Assembly (NCBI GenBank): GCA_903915485.1 | Contig: CAIWTC010000227.1 | Span: 1 to 25,870 of the forward strand | Source: an uncultured Ignavibacteriales bacterium | GTDB lineage: Bacteria; Bacteroidota; Ignavibacteria; Ignavibacteriales; Ignavibacteriaceae | Reading direction: 5' to 3' | Length of the DNA: 25,870 bases | Part shown: positions 19,793-25,870 of the stretch, piece after piece | How positions within the stretch are numbered: the first letter of the stretch is position 1 | Layout of the letters: the number at the start of each line of letters is the position of its first letter | Made by a program: the position numbers and the translations under genes | The notes under the pieces: generated by a model | What the model was told of the DNA's origin: nothing | What the model saw: the letters and a program-made list of their open reading frames with translations, nothing else | Databases searched by the model: none

Positions 19793-19833
19793 AGAGCGAT
19801 TCATTTTTCATAAAGTTGAATCGCTCTTTTTTT
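19793..19833 (+). terminator. Rho-independent terminator after HAD gene
   Basis: AGAGCGATTCA...TGAATCGCTCT 11-bp stem followed by a T7 run. Confidence 0.8.
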
Positions 19834-19903
19834 CTTCGTATGAATTATTTCTACAAATGAATCCCGGTTTATATTCTTCAGTTTTAATAGAATCAGCATC
19901 AGA

Positions 19904-20584
19904 ATGAACGAAGGATTTTTCGAACCTTTTCGTCTTTCACTGCAATTGGCATTTTTTACTACGCTGATTTTGTTCATCATCGGCATTCCTTTAGCTTACT
20001 ATCTATCTTACTCAACTAACCGATTCAAGATTTTATTGCAGGTTATCCTCAGCATGCCCTTAGTACTTCCCCCTTCCGTGCTTGGGTTTTATTTGCTGCT
20101 GCTATTCAGTCCAAATTCATTTTTGGGTAAGATAATTACAAGTCTTTTTGATACTCAGCTAGCTTTCAGTTTTGCAGGGATACTAATAGGTTCTATAATT
20201 TTCAACTTCCCTTTCATGGTAAACTCCTTAGAAAGCGGTTTCAGTAATCTTCCATCATCACTTAGAGAGGCGTCTTACACTCTTGGCAAATCAAGTTTTA
20301 CAACTCTAAGAAGAATTCTGTTGCCGAATATTAAACCTGCACTCCTCACGGGAATCTGCTTAACATTCGCACATACCATTGGCGAATTCGGAGTAATCCT
20401 GATGATTGGCGGAAGCATCCCCGGTAAAACAAGAGTGGCATCGTTAGCAGTTTACGATGAAGTTCAAGCACTTAACTTAGACCGTGCGCAGGAATACTCG
20501 CTTTATCTATTTCTATTTAGCTTTATAATTCTAACCGTGATTTACAGTATTAATAAGGATTTCTTTAAGTGGAAAAAATATTAA
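19904..20584 (+). CDS. modB: Molybdate ABC transporter permease
   Basis: PLVLPPSVLGFYLL, EAA-like loop LREASYTLGKS, FAHTIGEFGVILMIGGSIPGKTRVAS; multiple TM segments. Confidence 0.92.
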   Translation: MNEGFFEPFRLSLQLAFFTTLILFIIGIPLAYYLSYSTNRFKILLQVILSMPLVLPPSVLGFYLLLLFSPNSFLGKIITSLFDTQLAFSFAGILIGSIIFNFPFMVNSLESGFSNLPSSLREASYTLGKSSFTTLRRILLPNIKPALLTGICLTFAHTIGEFGVILMIGGSIPGKTRVASLAVYDEVQALNLDRAQEYSLYLFLFSFIILTVIYSINKDFFKWKKY

Positions 20585-21231
20585 TACAAATCAGTCTTAA
20601 AAAAACTATTTATACTTCTGAAGGCAGTTCCGTTTTGGATATCAATCTTGATATCTCCAACAAAAGCCTTATAACCCTTTTCGGCCGTTCTGGTGCGGGC
20701 AAAACAACAATACTGCGGATGATTGCGGGACTTACAAAACCCGAAAGCGGGAAAATTATTTTTGATGATAGTGTTTGGTTTGAGAGCGCAACAAAAACAA
20801 ATATTAAACCACAGTTCAGGGATTTAGGTTTTGTTTTTCAGGACTATGCACTTTTCCCAAATATGACTGTCCGCGAACATTTGAATTATGCACAGAGTAT
20901 CAAGGATGATAACTATATTTCAGAATTGATGGAAACATTTGGGTTGAATTCATTCGAATCCAAAAAGCCTCAGTTTCTTTCAGGAGGACAAAAGCAGAAA
21001 CTATCGCTTGCGCGAGCACTTGCCCGTAAACCGAAGTTGCTGTTACTGGATGAACCACTTTCTGCACTTGATAACGAATCAAGGATAAATCTGCAGGAAG
21101 AAATACTTAAAGCACACAGATTGTTTTCGACTGCTACAATATTGGTCAGTCACGACTTGGACGAAATCTCCAGACTTTCTGATAAGGTTTACAATTTAGA
21201 AAACGGTACTTTAACCGAAGGTAATGTTTAA
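20569..21231 (+). CDS. modC: Molybdate ABC transporter ATP-binding subunit (short, no TOBE domain)
   Basis: Walker A GRSGAGKT, VFQDYALFP, LSGGQ, LLLLDEP, VSHD. Overlaps modB; GTG start. Confidence 0.85.
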   Translation: MEKILIQISLKKTIYTSEGSSVLDINLDISNKSLITLFGRSGAGKTTILRMIAGLTKPESGKIIFDDSVWFESATKTNIKPQFRDLGFVFQDYALFPNMTVREHLNYAQSIKDDNYISELMETFGLNSFESKKPQFLSGGQKQKLSLARALARKPKLLLLDEPLSALDNESRINLQEEILKAHRLFSTATILVSHDLDEISRLSDKVYNLENGTLTEGNV

Positions 21232-21404
21232 CTGTGGGCAAAAGAATTAAGTGCACTGAGCCTGTTATTTCTTTATGCAAAAGTAATTAAATCCATTGAC
21301 ACTCAAATTCATAATTTGATTAACTTCGAAATATTATTATTTTTGTTAATGGTAAAACAAAGACAATTTCCCATTCAGGGAATAATAGACTAAACCTTAA
21401 GCAG

Positions 21405-21545
21405 AATTTGGCTAAAGCCCAAGTTCTTGCTCGCTGAGGTGCACCGGTTTGAAAGCCGGAGTTATTAAATTCCTATAATAAATAACCACGGCACTTTAGG
21501 CCGTGGAATTTATAGAACATTAGACAATGGGCTTTAGCCCAAATT
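21405..21545. repeat. REPIN/MITE-like palindromic intergenic element (141 bp)
   Basis: Outer inverted repeats AATTTGGCTAAAGCCCA (21405-21421) and TGGGCTTTAGCCCAAATT (21528-21545). Inner inverted pair of hairpins CCGGTT-TGAA-AGCCGG-AGTTATT (21444-21466) and AATAA-CCACGGC-ACTTTAG-GCCGTGG (21481-21506). Confidence 0.72.
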
Positions 21546-21594
21546 GTGTAACATAACTTATTTAATTGAATTGCAAATTTAATCCGGAGATAAT

Positions 21595-21945
21595 ATGACA
21601 AATCAAATCATTGGACATTTAGAAATACCCTCTTTAGACTTAGAAAAAGCAAAAGACTTTTTTGCAAATGTTTTCGAATGGGACTTTAAGCCTTTCGGAA
21701 AAGGATACTATTTATATAATTCCCGTTCAGGAATGACCATGGGTTTGCGTAGCGCAACCAAAATTCAGTCAGGTGACTCAACAATTTTTCACATATCCGT
21801 GAACAATATTGACGCCTACTTAGATAAAGTAAAAACAAACGGCGGTAAAGTTTACCGTGAAAAAACAGTTATTCCTGTTTACGGATGGTATGCCTTGTTC
21901 AATGACCTTGACGGCAACATCATCGGTCTGTTTGAATCACATTAA
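21595..21945 (+). CDS. VOC/glyoxalase-family protein
   Basis: HLEIPSLDLEKAKDFFANVFEW, VNNIDAYLDKVKTNGG, YALFNDLDGNIIGL. GGAG SD. Confidence 0.9.
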   Translation: MTNQIIGHLEIPSLDLEKAKDFFANVFEWDFKPFGKGYYLYNSRSGMTMGLRSATKIQSGDSTIFHISVNNIDAYLDKVKTNGGKVYREKTVIPVYGWYALFNDLDGNIIGLFESH

Positions 21946-21959
21946 CAAGTAATATCACT

Positions 21960-22676
21960 ATGCGACTTTGTATTAATATAGACCATGTAGCAACTCTGCG
22001 TAATGCAAGAGGAGAAATGCAGCCTGACCCTGTAACCTTGGCTCTGCTATGCGAGCAGGCAGGTGCCGACGGTATCGTCGTACATCTCCGCGAAGACAGA
22101 CGACACATCAAGGACCGTGATGTTAAACTATTAAGAGAATTGCTAACAACAAAGCTTGATTTAGAAATGGCAGCCACACCGGAAATAATTGCCGCTGCTT
22201 GCAATATCCTCCCTGACCTTGTGACTATCGTCCCAGAAAAACGGATGGAACTTACAACCGAGGGCGGACTTAATGTTTTAGACAACATCGAACACCTTAA
22301 AGATGCAATAAAAGAATTGCACAAGCACCGTATTGAAGTCAGTTTGTTTATTGAACCTGATATCGAACAAATTAATGCTGCATCTGATATTCAGTCGGAC
22401 TTCATCGAAATACATACCGGTATTTTTGCAAATGCAGGTTCGCTTGAAGAGGAATTTGAAGAATTAGAAAAAGTCAGACTTGCAGCTAAGCATGCGAAGA
22501 AACTAGGCATGGGTGTAAATGCAGGTCACGGTCTTAATTATCAAAACATGAAAACTTTCCGCAATGTTCCTGATATTGATGAAGTCAGCATCGGGCACTC
22601 AATCATCGCGCGGGCTTTGTATGTAGGACTCCCTGCAGCAGTCAAAGAGATGTTTGAAGTAATGAAAACAAGTTAA
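21960..22676 (+). CDS. pdxJ: Pyridoxine 5'-phosphate synthase
   Basis: NIDHVATLRNAR, HLREDRRHI, ELTTEGGL, SLFIEPD, NAGHGLNY, IGHSII. Confidence 0.97.
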   Translation: MRLCINIDHVATLRNARGEMQPDPVTLALLCEQAGADGIVVHLREDRRHIKDRDVKLLRELLTTKLDLEMAATPEIIAAACNILPDLVTIVPEKRMELTTEGGLNVLDNIEHLKDAIKELHKHRIEVSLFIEPDIEQINAASDIQSDFIEIHTGIFANAGSLEEEFEELEKVRLAAKHAKKLGMGVNAGHGLNYQNMKTFRNVPDIDEVSIGHSIIARALYVGLPAAVKEMFEVMKTS

Positions 22677-22697
22677 AGTAATTGAAAGAATAGCTTA

Positions 22698-23090
22698 ATG
22701 AAAATAATTAACGAATTTAAAGCATTTGCAATGCGCGGCAATGTTATTGACTTGGCCGTAGGTATAATCATAGGCGGCGGGTTCGGGAAGATTGTATCTT
22801 CGCTTGTCAATGATATCATCATGCCCCCTATCGGTTATCTTGTCGGAGGAATTGACTTCAAGGAATACAGCATAATGCTCCCCAAAATTCTTGATAAGAA
22901 CGCAGTTCCGATTCATTACGGGTTATTTTTGAATAACCTTCTTGATTTTGCAATTGTAGCTTTCGCTATTTTCCTTTTAATTAAACTACTCAATAAATTT
23001 AAAAAAGAAGATAGCATTAAACCAAAGGAAGAACTTTCAAAGGAAGTTTTACTCTTGCAGGAAATTCGCGATTTGCTGAAAGCAAAATAA
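22698..23090 (+). CDS. mscL: Large-conductance mechanosensitive channel
   Basis: [40 protein letters not shown]-terminal LLQEIRDLL. Confidence 0.97.
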   Translation: MKIINEFKAFAMRGNVIDLAVGIIIGGGFGKIVSSLVNDIIMPPIGYLVGGIDFKEYSIMLPKILDKNAVPIHYGLFLNNLLDFAIVAFAIFLLIKLLNKFKKEDSIKPKEELSKEVLLLQEIRDLLKAK

Positions 23091-23108
23091 CTGTATCAAT
23101 TTAAAATG

Positions 23109-23149
23109 AAAATGGCGGCAATTGTTAATTCAACTGCCGCCATTTTTTT
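23109..23149. terminator. Bidirectional intrinsic terminator between convergent mscL and BMC gene
   Basis: AAAATGGCGGCAATTG-TTAATT-CAACTGCCGCCATTTTTTT: A-run on the left, T-run on the right. Confidence 0.85.
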
Positions 23150-23156
23150 ATAATTA

Positions 23157-23708
23157 CTAAATCATTTCAGAAAGAAGTTCTTGCCTTGGCTGTGCTATGA
23201 CAACTTTGTTAACCAATAACCCGCGCTGAGAAACCACATAAGCACCTGCTTCAACTGCGCTTGTAACTGCCGCAACTTCACCGGTAAGCGTTACGAAAGC
23301 CTTTCCGCCTAATGCCATTGCCAACCTGATTTCAATCAACTTAACCTTTGCTGATTTCACTGCTGCGTCCGCTGCTTCTATCAATGATGCAACTGAGAAT
23401 GACTCAATTATTCCAAGCGCTTCAAGTGTTTGAACACCTGTCTGCCCTGCTATTGCGGGGAAAATATCCGGATGAACATTTGGTATAACAAACGAATCTA
23501 TTACGCTGAAGCCGATTGTTTCGATTGCAGTTTCAACCGCTGAGCGGACTGCCGCCACATCGCCGCCGATAAGCGTCATATATTTACCCGAACAAATCGT
23601 ACGCGACAATATCAATTCCACATTCGCAGTTTTTAACATTATATCTGCCGCCTGCATGCCTGAAGCAATACTTGTCATTTCTATTAAACCTATTGAATTT
23701 TTCTGCAT
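23157..23708 (-). CDS. Tandem-domain bacterial microcompartment shell protein (BMC-T, PduT-like)
   Basis: Two BMC domains (SIGLIE...AADIMLKTANV...ICSGKY...GDVAAVRSAV; ALGIIE...AADAAVKSAKV...GGKAFVTLTGEVAAVTSAV). Cys in ICSGKY as in the PduT Fe-S site. Confidence 0.9.
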   Translation of the reverse strand: MQKNSIGLIEMTSIASGMQAADIMLKTANVELILSRTICSGKYMTLIGGDVAAVRSAVETAIETIGFSVIDSFVIPNVHPDIFPAIAGQTGVQTLEALGIIESFSVASLIEAADAAVKSAKVKLIEIRLAMALGGKAFVTLTGEVAAVTSAVEAGAYVVSQRGLLVNKVVIAQPRQELLSEMI

Positions 23709-23720
23709 TCTAAATATCCT

Positions 23721-25040
23721 TTATGCCTTAATTCTTACAAAATCTTCTGTAACTTGAGTAACTACCCCGTCTATTGAAGCATGAATTGGTGTACCTAATT
23801 TATCTGCAGGCGGTGCGGCAATCTGCTGACCTCTGCTGACTTTATCACCAATCGAAACTGAGGCGATAGCCTTTGCACCGATATGCTGCGACATCATCAA
23901 CTTTACTTGCGCCGGAGAATATGCAATATCCTTAAATGGAGTATGCGAATCCAACTCTTTTAGTTTAAGTCGTTGAACCAACTGCTTGAGCGGCACTCTT
24001 CTTCCCTCTTTAATCGGATGAACTTTAATTTCCTTAGATTGTTTATACTTCATGCCGATTTTACGCATGTCAGTTTTGGCCTGGTCGCAGGCTTCTTTAG
24101 GATATAAATCTTCAGGGCAGGCATAGAGTGTGCACAGTCCGCATGAACAGCATAGTTCAGCATATTGATTCCAAAGTTCTTTGCCTGAAGAAGTGAAACC
24201 AAGAGAGCGCATCACTTTGTGAGGTTGAACATCATATCCCAACAAATACCTTGGACAAAATTCTGTACAGTAACTGCACTGGTCGCAGGCTGATTTTCCG
24301 ATTCTTGCCCAGTTTGCAGGGGGTTGATTTTTTCTTTTAATAAGATAGTGGTCCATCGGAAGTACAATTAGTCCCCCGGTAGTCTTTGTAACAACTTCAT
24401 CTAAATCAAAACTGAGTTTTCCCATCATTACTCCGCCGATAAAAAAACCGAAATCCTTAACAGTTACACCGCCGGCAATCTCGATAAGTTCACGAAAAGT
24501 TGTTCCGACAGGAATCCAAAATGAGCATGGATTTTTTACTGCCCCGGCGACGCATACATACTTATTAATAACGGGTTTGCCCTCATTAGCCTGCGAAACA
24601 TTGTATAACGATTCAACATTATTCACAACACATCCAACATCAAGAGGAAGACCTGCTGCGGGAATCAGTCTTTTTGTTGCGGCATAAACTAATTCAAACT
24701 CATCGCCTGCGGGATAGAAATCACCAAGAGTAGTAAGAGTAATCTTAGTTCCCTTTATGTATTTTTCAACTTCCTTGATAGCTTTTTCATTCTTTTCTTT
24801 GATGCCGAAGAAGCCCTGCTTAGCGCCTGTTGACTCCATCATAATTTTCATTCCATCAACAATCTTTGATGCGTACTGAATCATGAACTCATAGTCTTTA
24901 TGAATCAGCGGCTCGCACTCTGCACCGTTAGCAAGTACAAATTCAACTTTGGAATCGCTCTTAACATATGTAGGGAAACCTGCTCCGCCAGCGCCTACAA
25001 CGCCCGCGGACTTTATTTTTTCAACAAAACTCATTATCAT
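23721..25040 (-). CDS. PduS-like (RnfC-related) flavin/4Fe-4S oxidoreductase with SLBB domain
   Basis: GVVGAGGAGFPT, NGAECEPL, YPAGDE, GGVMMG, CDQCSYCTEFCP and CCSCGLCTLYACP, C-terminal QHIGA...HASIDGVV. Start 25040 or 25034. Confidence 0.88.
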   Translation of the reverse strand: MIMSFVEKIKSAGVVGAGGAGFPTYVKSDSKVEFVLANGAECEPLIHKDYEFMIQYASKIVDGMKIMMESTGAKQGFFGIKEKNEKAIKEVEKYIKGTKITLTTLGDFYPAGDEFELVYAATKRLIPAAGLPLDVGCVVNNVESLYNVSQANEGKPVINKYVCVAGAVKNPCSFWIPVGTTFRELIEIAGGVTVKDFGFFIGGVMMGKLSFDLDEVVTKTTGGLIVLPMDHYLIKRKNQPPANWARIGKSACDQCSYCTEFCPRYLLGYDVQPHKVMRSLGFTSSGKELWNQYAELCCSCGLCTLYACPEDLYPKEACDQAKTDMRKIGMKYKQSKEIKVHPIKEGRRVPLKQLVQRLKLKELDSHTPFKDIAYSPAQVKLMMSQHIGAKAIASVSIGDKVSRGQQIAAPPADKLGTPIHASIDGVVTQVTEDFVRIKA

Positions 25041-25161
25041 TTACCTGATACTAAAATATTTATTCTTAAAGCATTATAATAAGGAGAAAATTGAAATATT
25101 TAGAGGAAATTATGAATGGGGTAGAAAATTTGGGCTTAAAGAATTTTTATCAATCGGCTTA

Positions 25162-25582
25162 CTACTGTTTCGGATTGATAATATCCTTAGCTTTTTCATT
25201 TATCAAATTCGAGATATGACCAACAAATACTTCCATCTGCTCATAATATTCTTGTATTTGTAATTTTGTTAAAAACACAAAGTCATGATAATCGGAGGCT
25301 ATTCTTTTGCTGTAACTCTCATCCAAAATTTTAGCAATTTCAATTGGCCATTCCGGTTTTTACATAATTTTTATTGAAATACCCAATTAGCTGCCGATGT
25401 TTAGAAGATGAAAAGTTTTCCAGTAGGAGAAGTGAACTAACTATATAAAACCCAGCATAATAAACACGGTTCATAGCGGTGGAAAGCATTCCGCTTTTAA
25501 GAAGTTTAGGCACTTCTTCCAAAGCCTCAAGGGACTTATCACGACGATAATTTACATAATCAAGAAAAGCAGGGTGCTCCAT
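25162..25582 (-). pseudogene. HEPN-domain protein, frameshifted near 25350
   Basis: N-part MEHPAF...NRVYYAGFY...SSKHRQLIGYFNKNYVKTGM stops at 25340. An adjacent frame continues PIEIAKILDESYSKRIASDYHDFVFLTKLQIQEYYEQMEVFVGHISNLINEKAKDIINPKQ* to 25162, including the RxxxDY motif. Confidence 0.8.
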
Positions 25583-25869
25583 CAAACATGCACGCCGTAT
25601 GAAAGAACATTTTTGATAAACGGCATCTGGTCATATTTTGAGTATACTTCATGATATGAGAAGTACTTCACATCAAATTGAATATCATTGCTAATCCCAT
25701 AGCTAAATACATGCGAAAACATTTCTGACTCAGTCTGCCAAGTGATTTTCTCAGAAGTAATAACCAGTAAATCGAAATCAGAATCCTGTTTGTCCGAATA
25801 TATTTTTGAGCCGTAGCAGATAATCTCTTTTATTATCTCTCCAAAATTAGCAGAAAGAATTTCCTTTAC
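25582..25869 (-). CDS. Minimal nucleotidyltransferase (MNT), 5' truncated by window edge
   Basis: Manual translation: VKEILSANFGEIIKEIICYGSKIYSDKQDSDFDLLVITSEKITWQ...MPFIKNVLSYGVHV*, with a GS...DxD motif. Its TGA overlaps the HEPN ATG (TGATG). Confidence 0.85.
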   Translation of the reverse strand, partial: VKEILSANFGEIIKEIICYGSKIYSDKQDSDFDLLVITSEKITWQTESEMFSHVFSYGISNDIQFDVKYFSYHEVYSKYDQMPFIKNVLSYGVHV

Positions 25870-25870
25870 T

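Noticed and set aside
19749..19903. Moco riboswitch or ModE box upstream of modB
   Set aside because: The only clear structure is a simple terminator 45 bp after the HAD stop; no convincing ModE palindrome or multi-stem aptamer.
21278..21307. Minus-strand TTTG-N18-TACTTTTG promoter-like motif pointing antisense into modC
   Set aside because: Spacer is shorter than consensus, the region is very AT-rich and no downstream gene or RNA structure supports it.
19361..22916. Minus-strand ORFs 19361-19696, 19801-19986, 20900-21082, 21920-22324, 22695-22916
   Set aside because: Antisense shadows of HAD, modB, modC, pdxJ and mscL; one also crosses a terminator.
25127..25141. AATTTGGGCTTAAAG resembling one arm of the 21405-21545 element
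   Set aside because: Only a 15-bp imperfect half match with no partner arm or hairpin; could be chance.
24949..25263. 104-aa + strand ORF
   Set aside because: Overlaps the PduS-like start and the frameshifted HEPN tail on the opposite strand; no motif.

Overview
AT-rich bacterial chromosomal window. Gene content and a TAnnTTTG promoter motif suggest an FCB-group organism such as Ignavibacteriota, but this is inference. Bases 313-18960 hold 16 co-oriented minus-strand signalling genes. The core is an F8-like chemosensory operon: atypical soluble MCP-like protein, STAS, cheY, cheA, short cheR, MBL-fold hydrolase, giant poly-HAMP 34H chemoreceptor, cheW, full-length cheR, cheB. It is flanked by HisKA, HisKA_2 and HisKA_3 kinases, two further single-domain receivers and a NarL/LuxR regulator. 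The most unusual parts are (i) the short cheR + metallo-beta-lactamase-fold pair between cheA and a receptor with six 91-aa tandem repeats, (ii) a membrane-free protein with two degenerate MCP hairpins around a CheZ-like DxxxQ motif, and (iii) a candidate sigma-28 promoter abutted by phased NarL-like heptamers. The right part holds a HAD phosphatase, modBC, a REPIN-like palindrome, VOC, pdxJ, mscL, a satellite PduS/PduT-like microcompartment pair, and an MNT-HEPN pair whose HEPN gene is frameshifted.
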